Assembly: GCA_947084945.1 (NCBI GenBank)
Contig: CAMTUP010000009.1
Span: forward strand, 205,882-269,881
DNA length: 64,000 nt
Origin: an uncultured Ignavibacteria bacterium
GTDB taxonomy: Bacteria; Bacteroidota; Ignavibacteria; Tepidaquicellales; OLB5
Direction: 5' to 3'
Shown here one piece after another: positions 17,893-27,676 of this stretch; position 1 is the first letter of the stretch, and each line of letters opens with the position of its first letter. Made by a program: the position numbers and the translations under genes. The notes below the pieces were generated by a model. It was not told the DNA's origin and searched no databases. It worked only from the letters and a program-made list of their open reading frames with translations.

Positions 17893-19026
17893 ATGGCTGA
17901 TAGAAAAGTTACTGAACGAGAATTCATAGCTGATAATACCATGGCTGGTGGCAGCATGCCGCAGGTAATGGTTACTGATGGGAATGAAATTCCGACAATC
18001 GATAATAAGCCCAGAAGAAAAGTTGACCAGACATATTGGTCTTTAGTTAAACATCAATATAAAAAAAATAAACTTGCTGTTGCCGCATTATATGTAGTTA
18101 TATTTCTGGTTACAATGGCATTAACTGCAGATTTTATTGCCAACGATAAACCGTTGTATTGCAAATACAAAGGAGAATCTTACTTTCCAGTATTAAAAGA
18201 ATATGCCGTTGGCTTAGGGATTTCAAAATGGGAAGGTGAATTTTTAAATATAGACTGGAAATCACTTGAATTTGAAACAGCAATTTGGCCTCCAATAAAA
18301 TATGCACCTTCAAATGTTGATCTTTTCAATAATTCTGCCCCTCCATCATTTGCCACAGGTCATTTTCTGGGTACTGATGGAATTGGAAGAGATGTATTAT
18401 CCGGTTTAATACACGGCTCACGTGTATCGCTTTCGGTAGGATTTATTGCAGCAGGTATTTCAATTTTTATTGGTGTACTTCTTGGCTCAATAGCAGGATA
18501 TTATGGCGGAAAAACAGATCTAATTATAATGAGATTTGTCGAGATAATGCAGTTGTTCCCATCATTTTTTCTTATAATTACAATTGTAGCTTTATATGGC
18601 TCGAGTATTTGGTATATAATGATTGCTATTGGCTTAACCAGCTGGACAGGAAATACAAAACTTGTACGTGGTGAAATACTTAAAGTTAGAAGTATGGATT
18701 ATATTCAGGCTGCAGTTTCGCTTGGTCTATCGAATGTAAGAATTATTTTCAGGCATGTACTTCCAAATGCAATTGCCCCTGTTTTAATTGCAGCATCATT
18801 TGAAATTGCAGGCGCTATTTTAGCAGAAGCCGGCTTAAGCTTTTTAGGTTTTGGTGTAGCAGCAACTCAAGTAACGTGGGGTTCAGTACTTTCAGAAGCA
18901 AGGGGCGCAACAAGCTCATGGTGGCTGGCAGTTTTCCCGGGTTTTATGATTTTTTTAACAGTAGTTGCTTATAACCTAGTTGGAGAAGGTTTAAGGGATG
19001 CATTAGACCCAAGATTAAGAGATTAA
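17893..19026 (+). CDS. ABC transporter permease (DppC/OppC type)
   Basis: Has LGTDGIGRDVLSGLIHG and the C-terminal GEGLRDALDPR. Confidence 0.9.
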   Translation: MADRKVTEREFIADNTMAGGSMPQVMVTDGNEIPTIDNKPRRKVDQTYWSLVKHQYKKNKLAVAALYVVIFLVTMALTADFIANDKPLYCKYKGESYFPVLKEYAVGLGISKWEGEFLNIDWKSLEFETAIWPPIKYAPSNVDLFNNSAPPSFATGHFLGTDGIGRDVLSGLIHGSRVSLSVGFIAAGISIFIGVLLGSIAGYYGGKTDLIIMRFVEIMQLFPSFFLIITIVALYGSSIWYIMIAIGLTSWTGNTKLVRGEILKVRSMDYIQAAVSLGLSNVRIIFRHVLPNAIAPVLIAASFEIAGAILAEAGLSFLGFGVAATQVTWGSVLSEARGATSSWWLAVFPGFMIFLTVVAYNLVGEGLRDALDPRLRD

Positions 19027-19110
19027 TCTAGATTTTGAGATTAATTAAAATTTTTTCAAAAAAAACATGAATAAACAATATATTAATTATATACAAAAGG
19101 AGATTTAAGT

Positions 19111-19338
19111 ATGGTATGGACTCTTGAACTAGCTTCCTACCTTGATGATGCGCCTTGGCCGGCTAATAAAGCAGAGCTCATAGATTATGCAATAAGAACA
19201 GGCACTCCTCAGGAAGTAGTAGAAAATCTGAGAGATCTTGAAGATATTGATGAGCCTTATGAAAGCATAGAAGAGATCTGGCTTGATTATCCGACAAAAG
19301 AAGACTTTTTCTACGATGACGAAGAAAAAGATTTTTGA
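19111..19338 (+). CDS. DUF2795-like small acidic protein
   Basis: WPANKAELIDYAIRTGTPQEVVENL pattern, 75 aa, followed by a strong terminator. Confidence 0.55.
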   Translation: MVWTLELASYLDDAPWPANKAELIDYAIRTGTPQEVVENLRDLEDIDEPYESIEEIWLDYPTKEDFFYDDEEKDF

Positions 19339-19362
19339 TTTATAGAGCTCATTTTATACCAA

Positions 19363-19385
19363 CCCCGAGCCATCGGGGTTTTTTA
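19363..19385 (+). terminator. rho-independent terminator
   Basis: CCCCGA-GCCA-TCGGGG stem-loop followed by TTTTTTAT. Confidence 0.8.
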
Positions 19386-19397
19386 TATTTAATTAAA

Positions 19398-21428
19398 TTG
19401 AATAAGATTTTCTCTAATACATTTATTTATGGGATTCTTTTTTTTGTCCTGTATTCAAATTTTTCATTTACCCAGCCTAAAAAAGTTGAGACTGGTGATA
19501 TTACGTTTAATTTCAAAAACACAGAATCTTTCACCGATGCAGCCCTGCTTGATATTTTACTTCTTCCCAGAGAAAAATACTTTAACAGGATAAATCTAGA
19601 AGATGACCTCGGAAGACTTAATAAATTCTATTTTGATAATGGGTTCTTTGATGCATTTATTGATACACTCACATCTTATCATAAGGAAGATAATAAATTT
19701 AATGTGCGATTTATCATTATAGAAAATCCACAATATATAATAAAAGAAATAAGGATTCAGGGAATAGATAAAGTTCCCGATGGAATCAAAAATGATATAA
19801 ACAGCAATCAAATTATAGAAGCAGGTAAACCTTATAACAAAAATAAAATTAATCTTGAAAAAGACAGAATACTTAATATACTGCATGATAACGGTTATTT
19901 CTTTGCGCAGGTAGATACTGCAAGGAGCAAGATTGATTCATCAAGACGTGGGATTATAATCGGAAAATTTTCTGAAGAACTGCAGAAAAAACCTGAATAC
20001 AATGATCGAATCTTTTTAAGAATGCATTTTATTGGAACTGATGATATTTACAGATTTGGCAATATTAATATTACAATTGAAAATAATAAATATAAAATCG
20101 GTACTCATGTCATTGAAAGAGAACTTGCATTTAAACAAGGTGATGTATTTAACAAAAGTAAGATGGTTGAAAGTGAAAGGAACTTTACTAAATTAGCTAT
20201 AATCCAGCTTGGCAGAGTTCTTGTTGATACTATTATTATGGCTGATAAAACTGTTAATATGAATGCTAGTATAACATTAAATAAAAAATATGAATTAACA
20301 CCGGGTATTACTTCGGTTTACCAGACAAACAGACTTTTTGTGGGAGCAAATCTTGAATACAAAGATAAGGATTTTTTTGGTGGAGGCAGGGTTTTAAGTA
20401 TTAACACAGAAGGTCTTTACAACTCATTGAATATCAATATATTTAAAGCTGGTTTTTCATTATATCAGCCCTTTTTATTCAATAATAATATAACAGCAAC
20501 TCTCAATCCACAGGTTGTTTATGCTAATTTAAACGAAGACCTGCAATTACTGGCATTTCAGAATCTGTTAAGATTTACATATTATATCGCTGCCCATACT
20601 TTTTATAATAATGCATTTTCTGATCTTACTTTTGATTATAATACTTTAAAAGCCAAAAGGGATAATGTTATTATTGTTAGTGATATGGATACAACATTAT
20701 TGCAAAAAAATGAAAAGATATACTCGGTAAATAGTGTTATAGGATTAACACTGGTTCATAATAATACAAATAATTTATTCAACCCCTCTAAAGGATTTTA
20801 TCATTCAATTACTGCGGAATCCGCAGGATTATTACCTAAATTCCTTTCAATTTTCAATAAAAGTCTTAATTACTCTCAGTATGTTAAATTAAATACAGTA
20901 AATAGTTTTTACATTGATATCTCAGGTGATAGAGGAACATCTATTGTTGCTTCGCATTTTGAGATTGGTGATATTATTGAATACGGAAGCGGAAATAATA
21001 TTCAGCCTGTCCAGCTTCAATATAAATATTTTATGGGAGGCGGCAGCAGCCTTCGCGGATGGCGCGCACAATCAGGTGGAATATTAGATGACCCTACACA
21101 AGGTGGTAAGTTTGTGCTTGAAGGAAGCTGGGAGTGGAGAAGGAAACCATTTCCTGATAGAAGTATATTAAGTCCGGTTTGGGGCGTATTGTTCCTTGAT
21201 TATGGTAATGTTTGGGAAAGCGGCAGTAAGTTTAGATTAGATCAAATAGCACTGGCTGCAGGCTTTGGAATACGCTACAATACATTTGTGGGTCCCGTTA
21301 GAATAGATGTTGGCTTTAAACTGTATGACCCGCTTGCAGAAGGCAACAATAAATGGTTATGGCAGCAACCTTCAAATATTTTTAAAAATAAATTTGCTAT
21401 TCAGTTTGGTTTGGGGAACGCTTTTTAA
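19398..21428 (+). CDS. BamA/Omp85-family outer membrane protein (POTRA + surface antigen barrel)
   Basis: Has POTRA-like repeats and a C-terminal barrel ending ...FGLGNAF. The track start (19335) runs through the preceding terminator. The in-frame TTG at 19398 precedes a signal-like segment (LNKIFSNTFIYGILFFVLYSNFSFTQ). Confidence 0.7.
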   Translation: MNKIFSNTFIYGILFFVLYSNFSFTQPKKVETGDITFNFKNTESFTDAALLDILLLPREKYFNRINLEDDLGRLNKFYFDNGFFDAFIDTLTSYHKEDNKFNVRFIIIENPQYIIKEIRIQGIDKVPDGIKNDINSNQIIEAGKPYNKNKINLEKDRILNILHDNGYFFAQVDTARSKIDSSRRGIIIGKFSEELQKKPEYNDRIFLRMHFIGTDDIYRFGNINITIENNKYKIGTHVIERELAFKQGDVFNKSKMVESERNFTKLAIIQLGRVLVDTIIMADKTVNMNASITLNKKYELTPGITSVYQTNRLFVGANLEYKDKDFFGGGRVLSINTEGLYNSLNINIFKAGFSLYQPFLFNNNITATLNPQVVYANLNEDLQLLAFQNLLRFTYYIAAHTFYNNAFSDLTFDYNTLKAKRDNVIIVSDMDTTLLQKNEKIYSVNSVIGLTLVHNNTNNLFNPSKGFYHSITAESAGLLPKFLSIFNKSLNYSQYVKLNTVNSFYIDISGDRGTSIVASHFEIGDIIEYGSGNNIQPVQLQYKYFMGGGSSLRGWRAQSGGILDDPTQGGKFVLEGSWEWRRKPFPDRSILSPVWGVLFLDYGNVWESGSKFRLDQIALAAGFGIRYNTFVGPVRIDVGFKLYDPLAEGNNKWLWQQPSNIFKNKFAIQFGLGNAF

Positions 21429-21429
21429 T

Positions 21430-22560
21430 ATGTGGAAAAATATTATTGGACAATACGATGTAATTGAAAAACTTAAATCTATTTTCTTAAGCAATAAAAC
21501 AGGTCATGCTTATTTATTTGAAGGTATTGATGGTGTTGGCAAAGATGCAGTTGCAATAGAATTTGCTAAATTACTTAACTGTAAGGGTCTTATTAATGGA
21601 AATGAAGCTTGTGATAAGTGCGAAAATTGCAAAAAAATATCCTCATTCCGCTCAGAATATTTTAAACTCATCTGTGCTTTACCAGCACCAAAATCCGATG
21701 ATTCTGATGTTGACCCGATAGAAAAACTAACTACATCAGATTTTGATGAATATCTCGAGCAGTTTGCTCTTAAATCAGAAAATCCATACCACCATATAAA
21801 TCTTTCCAACGCAAATAATATCAGGATAAACAGCATCAGAGATCTTGTCAGCAAAATTTATCTTTCTGCGCCAAAAGGAGTTACAAAAGTATATGTTATT
21901 TCAGAAGCTGATAAGATGAAACAGGAAGCTTCTAATGCCCTGCTTAAGATACTAGAAGAGCCTCCAAAGAACAGCCTTATAATTTTGACAACTTCAAAAG
22001 TTAACTCTTTACCACAAACAATTATTGGAAGATGCCAAAGAATTCATTTTGAACCCCTTAGAGAAAAAGATATTTTAGATAACATAATCGGTCAATATGA
22101 TTATCCTGAAAAACAAGTTAAACTTGCTGCAAAGTTAAGCTTTGGAAGTTACAGCAGGACTATCGATCTGCTTGTGCTTGGTATTGAAAATTTACGTACT
22201 TCAGCTATTGAATTTTTGATATCAATTCTTAAAAGTGATTATGCACAGGTAATTGCAATATGCAGGAATATTTCAGCTAAAAATGATAAAGATAAAACCC
22301 GTCAATTCCTTTTCTTTCTGAATATCTGGATACGTGATCTACTAAGGGTTAAAGCTGCTGGTAAAGCAGAGTCTGATATTCTTACTAACTTTGACTTGGC
22401 TGATAGACTTGAAAAATTAAACAGTAATTTCCCTGATAGCGATGTTTTTGGTATTGTAATGGAGCTTGAGGAAGCTGAAAAACTGATAGGACAGAATGTT
22501 CAGTTAACCCTTATACTGGTTAATCTTTCAATGCGCCTAAAAAAGCTATTTAAAAAATAG
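21430..22560 (+). CDS. holB: DNA polymerase III delta-prime subunit
   Basis: Has AYLFEGIDGVGKD and the Cys module CDKCENCKKI. The ATG at 21430 lies 1 nt after the BamA-like stop; the track start 21307 overlaps that gene. Confidence 0.8.
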   Translation: MWKNIIGQYDVIEKLKSIFLSNKTGHAYLFEGIDGVGKDAVAIEFAKLLNCKGLINGNEACDKCENCKKISSFRSEYFKLICALPAPKSDDSDVDPIEKLTTSDFDEYLEQFALKSENPYHHINLSNANNIRINSIRDLVSKIYLSAPKGVTKVYVISEADKMKQEASNALLKILEEPPKNSLIILTTSKVNSLPQTIIGRCQRIHFEPLREKDILDNIIGQYDYPEKQVKLAAKLSFGSYSRTIDLLVLGIENLRTSAIEFLISILKSDYAQVIAICRNISAKNDKDKTRQFLFFLNIWIRDLLRVKAAGKAESDILTNFDLADRLEKLNSNFPDSDVFGIVMELEEAEKLIGQNVQLTLILVNLSMRLKKLFKK

Positions 22561-22619
22561 TTATATTCAGGATTTTCACATTTCCCCTTTCTGTGTAATA
22601 AACAGAAAAAAACAAAACC

Positions 22620-23140
22620 TTTATTCACGAATTACTCGAAGGAAAGCACACGAATAACACGAAATTAATATTCTATGTTCTAGCAGAGTCTCTTTATGCC
22701 TATATCTTGAGTGTTTAAAAAATGCTAATGTGAGACCTTTAGGTAAGGGGACTCTGCGTTAAAATATAAAAACACCGCAGAGTCCAATCCCGCTAAGCAA
22801 CTAATCCGCCGTGGCGGACAGAAAAGAGCGGGACTGCTGGAAAGCGCAGAAAGCGGAGACTCTGCGGGTACGAAATATTCATACAATTTGTTGCATTCGT
22901 GTAATACAGCCTGACTTTCGCTTTATGAAAGTTGTTTATTCTTTCCTTCACTTTTTGAACATAGGGGCAGCCATCCCGCCTAAAGGTCTAACACTTGCGG
23001 GATCACTCTAATAAAATTGCTCCAAAGGAGCTCCTTCGGAGTTAGATGTTTAAACTGCTCGGATGAGTTCCGTTGGAAAAAACCAGTCTTAACTGAGAAA
23101 CCAGTCTAAGAGGTTTTAAGCTCAAGTGACGAAAACGGGA
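22620..23140. repeat. non-coding block of nested inverted repeats
   Basis: Inverted-repeat pairs: TGAGACCTTTAGG (22730) with CCTAAAGGTCT (22979); GCAGAGTCTC (22683) with GAGACTCTGC (22856); GGACTCTGCG..CGCAGAGTCC (22749-22784); CCCGCT..AGCGGG; TCCGCCGTGGCGGA; CTCCAAAGGAGCTCCTTCGGAG (23020). Confidence 0.8.
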
Positions 23141-23148
23141 TACACGAT

Positions 23149-24114
23149 TTATTTTGAAATGAAAACAAACTGCTCCCCTATCTTTAATACTTTTATTTTT
23201 TCTTCTTCTGAATTTTCTTTAATAATATCATTTATTACATATAATGGCTCAATCGGGTCTGCCTGAGCAAAATGCAGTGTACCATAATGTATTGGGAGCA
23301 TCCACTTTGCTTTAATATCTTTAAATAATTCATAGGCACCAACAGGAAAGACATGATTATAGGTTCCGCATTGGTTACAATCAGCACAAGGACCTATTGG
23401 AATTAATGCAAGATCAATTTTGAACATTTCACCTAATTGCTTGAATTTTAAGGAATCATAACCTGTATCACCAGCAAAGTAAACTGTTAGACCATTATAT
23501 TCAATTACATACCCTGTAAAAGCATTATCACCCCAAAAAAAACCATCAAATCCATACCTGCCTCCCCAATGCTGTGCATAAACTGTAGTAATCTTAACCC
23601 CATTAATTAATTTGCTCTCGCCAATAATTTTACTTTCATAACCTTTATCATTTTTCATTCTAACCAAATTCATATTATAATCAGGCAGATAGTTTTCAAG
23701 GTCTTCCGGAAATACCAATGCAGTCTTTGAGCTTTTTTCCTCAAGCATTTCAAGGCTTAAAAAGTTCAAATGGTCAAAGTGTGAATGCGAGATTAAAATA
23801 ATATCACAAGGAGGAATATTTTTTGGATCAATTCCCGGTTCCACTACCCTTCTGGCAAATTCGCCCGCTGTTTCACTTAAAAATGGATCGGTTATAATAA
23901 CCTTATCATCTATTTGCAATAAAACAGTTGCATGACCGATCCATAAAGCTGATAGTCTGACATTAGGTTTTATTGGTTCGGTTATTTTATTTTTCACTTC
24001 AGCAGGAGCTTCAAAGAATGTTGGAACGTTCCTAAGAGCAACCAATAATATATTACATGATAAACCTGTAATGACCAAAATAGCTGAAAATAATATTAGA
24101 ATAATTTTTTTCAA
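23149..24114 (-). CDS. MBL-fold metallo-hydrolase, exported
   Basis: Has ISHSHFDHL (HxHxDH) and an N-terminal signal. The TTG start overlaps the upstream stop (TTGA). Confidence 0.8.
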   Translation of the reverse strand: MKKIILILFSAILVITGLSCNILLVALRNVPTFFEAPAEVKNKITEPIKPNVRLSALWIGHATVLLQIDDKVIITDPFLSETAGEFARRVVEPGIDPKNIPPCDIILISHSHFDHLNFLSLEMLEEKSSKTALVFPEDLENYLPDYNMNLVRMKNDKGYESKIIGESKLINGVKITTVYAQHWGGRYGFDGFFWGDNAFTGYVIEYNGLTVYFAGDTGYDSLKFKQLGEMFKIDLALIPIGPCADCNQCGTYNHVFPVGAYELFKDIKAKWMLPIHYGTLHFAQADPIEPLYVINDIIKENSEEEKIKVLKIGEQFVFISK

Positions 24115-24734
24115 TAATACTTAATATATAAATTTAAATTATACCTGCTTAATGCTTTTTGATTGTAATTAAACTTCAGCCCCATCATTCCAAAGAAACT
24201 GTAGATACCTGCTTCGTATGTAATACCATCATAAACCCTTAAATCTGATTTTTGAAAATAATATCCCGCTCCAAGTGAAAATGAAAGATATTCACCTCTA
24301 TGAAAGACAGGAAAAACTATTCTAACACCTGTTTTATACATAAATTTTTTAAGGTTATTATTTTTAAATCCACCAGGAATAAATGCGGGTTCAAAAAAAG
24401 TTTCCGCTGAACCTGAAAATCTTTTATTTGGTTTAATATGAAAATAATTGAAACTTGAAACATACTTGTTTGCATTAAAAGAGTATGAAACAGGTATTAC
24501 CTGCCACTCTATACCAAATCTCAATTTTGATGAATTATCATTTCTATCTTCAAAAAATGAAGGTGAAGGAATTGACTGTAATAGCGCCCATGAACCCCAT
24601 TTTATAAAGAAATTCTCGTTTTTTAATTGACTGAATGAATTGAAAGAGTTGAACAATATCACTGTTAAAATCAATAATATATATATTTTTATACCTTTAA
24701 TTAATTTTCCTGTCATAGATATGCAATAATACAT
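24111..24734 (-). CDS. hypothetical outer-membrane beta-barrel-like protein
   Basis: Has a signal-like N-terminus, alternating aromatic/hydrophilic pattern and a C-terminal ...LYIKYY. Overlaps the MBL gene by 4 nt. Confidence 0.45.
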   Translation of the reverse strand: MYYCISMTGKLIKGIKIYILLILTVILFNSFNSFSQLKNENFFIKWGSWALLQSIPSPSFFEDRNDNSSKLRFGIEWQVIPVSYSFNANKYVSSFNYFHIKPNKRFSGSAETFFEPAFIPGGFKNNNLKKFMYKTGVRIVFPVFHRGEYLSFSLGAGYYFQKSDLRVYDGITYEAGIYSFFGMMGLKFNYNQKALSRYNLNLYIKYY

Positions 24735-24791
24735 TTATATTAATAACAATTAAAGCTATTTTTACAATTCAACAAAATATTTCATTATAAA

Positions 24792-25865
24792 ATGTACGAA
24801 TACGCCGGTGCGGTGCATATACATTCTGTATATTCCGATGGAACAGGGAAAATAGAAGATATTGCTAAGGCAGCAAATGATTCTGACCTTGATTTCATCT
24901 TAATGACAGATCATAACACGCTAAAATCGAAAGATGATGGTTATGAAAAATGGCTTAATAATGTTATGGTTATTGTTGGCTACGAAGTAAATGATATGGC
25001 TAATAAAAACCATTACCTTACATTTGGCATTGATGAAGTCATAGGCTCTTACCAGGAGCTTGGCAATGGCGAGCTTGGCTGTAAACTTTCTGCTAAAGAG
25101 TATGTTAAGCAAATCAAGGATAAAGGTGGTATTGGTTTTTTGGCTCATCCTGATGAAGAGCGAATGAATTTGCCTGATCACCCACCATATCCATGGATAG
25201 AAGAAACAGATGATTATACAGGAATTGAGATATGGAACCATATGAGTGAGTGGATAGAGGGTATGAATGAAAGTAATAAGATAGATAGATTTCTCCATCC
25301 CCTTAAATCGATAATATCACCACCGGTAAAAACATTAAAAAGATGGGATGATGCAGCAATAAAACGCCAGGTTACAGGTATTGGCGGAGTTGATGCTCAT
25401 GCATTAAAACAAAACGTCTTGGGATTTTTTGAAGTTGAAATATTTGCATACAAGGTTCTGTTTAAATCTATAAGAACACACGTTTTAATAGATGAACCAA
25501 TTTTAAAAAACAATAAAGCAGCTTTTGAGAAAGACAAAAATAAGATACTTGAAGCATTAAAGTATGGTAAATGCTTTTTTGCTAATTATTATAACGGAAA
25601 TCCTAAGGGATTCCGCTTTTTTGCAGAATTCAAAGGAATGACATGTAATATGGGTGATACCATTACATCAAATGGTGAAAATATAATATTAAGAGCACTA
25701 GCTCCGCAACAATGCACTATTAAACTTATCCATAACGGAAATATGATAAGTGAAAATAAAACCATGAATACAGCATGGGATATTAAAGAAAAAGGAATTT
25801 ACAGGGTTGAGTGCTGGATTGCTGAGCGGGGATGGATATTTTCCAATCATATTAGAGTAAATTAG
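24792..25865 (+). CDS. PHP-domain (CehA/McbA-like) metallo-phosphoesterase
   Basis: N-terminal AVHIHSVYSDGTG and MTDHNT motifs. Confidence 0.7.
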   Translation: MYEYAGAVHIHSVYSDGTGKIEDIAKAANDSDLDFILMTDHNTLKSKDDGYEKWLNNVMVIVGYEVNDMANKNHYLTFGIDEVIGSYQELGNGELGCKLSAKEYVKQIKDKGGIGFLAHPDEERMNLPDHPPYPWIEETDDYTGIEIWNHMSEWIEGMNESNKIDRFLHPLKSIISPPVKTLKRWDDAAIKRQVTGIGGVDAHALKQNVLGFFEVEIFAYKVLFKSIRTHVLIDEPILKNNKAAFEKDKNKILEALKYGKCFFANYYNGNPKGFRFFAEFKGMTCNMGDTITSNGENIILRALAPQQCTIKLIHNGNMISENKTMNTAWDIKEKGIYRVECWIAERGWIFSNHIRVN

Positions 25866-25880
25866 TGTAATTTAATAAAA

Positions 25881-27428
25881 TTGAAAATTAATAGTAAAAT
25901 TTTGAACAAAAGTATAGATACTGATCCTAAAGATTTTGATGGTGAAGATAAACCGCACAGTAATTGCGCTGTATTTGGAATTTATGACCATCCACAGGCA
26001 GCAGTAATGACCTATTATGGACTTCACTCACAGCAGCACAGAGGACAGGAAGCATCCGGGATATGCACTTCTGAAAAATTAGATTCCGGAAAATACAGGT
26101 TTAATATTCATAAGGGACATGGTATAGCTTTAAATGTTTTTTCAAATAAAAATACACTTACTAATGTTTTAAAAGGTACAGCGGCAGTTGGACATAACAG
26201 GTATTCAACTACAGGCGGCTCTGATAGCAGGAGTAATATTCAGCCATTTAAAGTAAATTTTAAAGAAGGGCATCTGGCGCTATCTCATAATGGTAATTTT
26301 ACTAATACAAGAGAACTCCGCGAGAGACTACAGAATGAAGGAACACTTTTTCAAACTTCGACAGATAGCGAATTATTCCTTCACCTTATAGCCCGCTCTA
26401 GAGAAAAAGAATATATCAATAAAATTCTTGATGCAGCAAGACAGATAAAAGGTGCATATTCCATAGTGCTTCTTACAGATGATAAGCTATTCGCTATAAG
26501 AGACCCTTATGCAGTAAGACCACTATCCATGGCTAAGCTTGGTAACAGCTTCGTTTTTGCTTCTGAAACATGTGCGTATGATATTATAAATGCAGAATAT
26601 ATTAGAGACCTAAAGGCTGGTGAAGTAATTCAGATAGATGAAGAAGTCATAAGAACTGGTGAGATTAAATCATTTTTAATTGATAAAAAACCTGATACTA
26701 AACATTGTATTTTTGAATACATATATTTTTCAAGACCTGATTCAACAATATTCGGTAATACAGTTGATAAGGTAAGAAGAAAGCTTGGCAAAAACCTTTC
26801 AATAGAAAAGCCTGCCCCAAAAGCCAATATTAAAGATAAAAAAGTAGTTGTAATAAGCGTACCTGACTCAAGCAACACAGCAGCTTTAGGATATGTAACA
26901 GAAACTATAAAGAGCAATCCATTCGTTAAGCTGGAGCTTGGATTGATTAGAAGTCATTATATCGGCAGAACTTTCATTCAGCCCGGACAGGATAATCGTG
27001 ATATAAAAGTAAAAGCTAAGTTCAATACTGTAAAATCAGTTTTAAAAGATAGAATAGTTGTAATTGTTGATGATTCAATTGTAAGAGGAACAACAATGAA
27101 ACAGCTTGTTAAACTTGTAAAGGAAGCAAAACCTAAAGAAATTCATTTAAGGATAACCTCTCCGCCTATTATTTCTCCATGTTATTATGGAATGGATTTT
27201 CCTTCCAAAGAAGAATTAGTGGCAAATCAATGCGGGCAGGATATGGAAAAGATAAGGGAATATCTTGATGTTAACTCTGTTGAATATTTATCAATTGGTA
27301 AGCTGCATGATTCCGTTCCTAAGGGTATTAATGCTAATGGTGAAAAAATAGGTTATTGTGATGCATGCTTTAGCGGTAAATACCCGATACCTATTGAAGA
27401 AATTGAAAAGAATGAGTTTGATGGGTAA
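25881..27428 (+). CDS. purF: amidophosphoribosyltransferase
   Basis: Has the Ntn Cys in HSNCAVFGIY, the PRPP loop VVIVDDSIVRGTT, and C-terminal Cys ligands. The start is the TTG at 25881 (no in-frame ATG before the catalytic Cys), so the exact start is uncertain. Confidence 0.9.
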   Translation: MKINSKILNKSIDTDPKDFDGEDKPHSNCAVFGIYDHPQAAVMTYYGLHSQQHRGQEASGICTSEKLDSGKYRFNIHKGHGIALNVFSNKNTLTNVLKGTAAVGHNRYSTTGGSDSRSNIQPFKVNFKEGHLALSHNGNFTNTRELRERLQNEGTLFQTSTDSELFLHLIARSREKEYINKILDAARQIKGAYSIVLLTDDKLFAIRDPYAVRPLSMAKLGNSFVFASETCAYDIINAEYIRDLKAGEVIQIDEEVIRTGEIKSFLIDKKPDTKHCIFEYIYFSRPDSTIFGNTVDKVRRKLGKNLSIEKPAPKANIKDKKVVVISVPDSSNTAALGYVTETIKSNPFVKLELGLIRSHYIGRTFIQPGQDNRDIKVKAKFNTVKSVLKDRIVVIVDDSIVRGTTMKQLVKLVKEAKPKEIHLRITSPPIISPCYYGMDFPSKEELVANQCGQDMEKIREYLDVNSVEYLSIGKLHDSVPKGINANGEKIGYCDACFSGKYPIPIEEIEKNEFDG

Positions 27429-27514
27429 ATATTATTTTAAGCCTCTAATTACACGAATTTCACTAAATTTAATAAGTATTATTTCTTATCTTTGTAAAGA
27501 AGGGGATTGATTTT

Positions 27515-27673
27515 ATGTCATACAAAGTCAGCATAATAATTGAAAAAGACGATAATGGATATTATGCTTATTCACCGGAACTATATGGGTGCCAATCACA
27601 GGGAGATTCGTATGAAGAAGCGTTAAGTAATATAAAAGAAGCTATAGCTCTTTATCTGGAGACACTTTCTTAA
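27515..27673 (+). CDS. HicB-like (UPF0150) small protein, 52 aa
   Basis: Own translation: MSYKVSIIIEKDDNGYYAYSPELYGCQSQGDSYEEALSNIKEAIALYLETLS. GGGG RBS upstream. Below the ORF-track length cut-off. Confidence 0.6.
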   Translation: MSYKVSIIIEKDDNGYYAYSPELYGCQSQGDSYEEALSNIKEAIALYLETLS

Positions 27674-27676
27674 AAT

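Noticed and set aside
19335-19397. N-terminal extension of the BamA-like ORF (track start 19335).
   Set aside because: The extension runs through the CCCCGAGCCATCGGGG-T7 terminator of the preceding gene. The in-frame TTG at 19398, followed by a signal-like segment, is more plausible.
21307-21429. N-terminal extension of holB (track start 21307).
   Set aside because: It overlaps the last 120 nt of the BamA-like gene. The conserved protein begins at the ATG at 21430 (MWKNIIGQYDV...).
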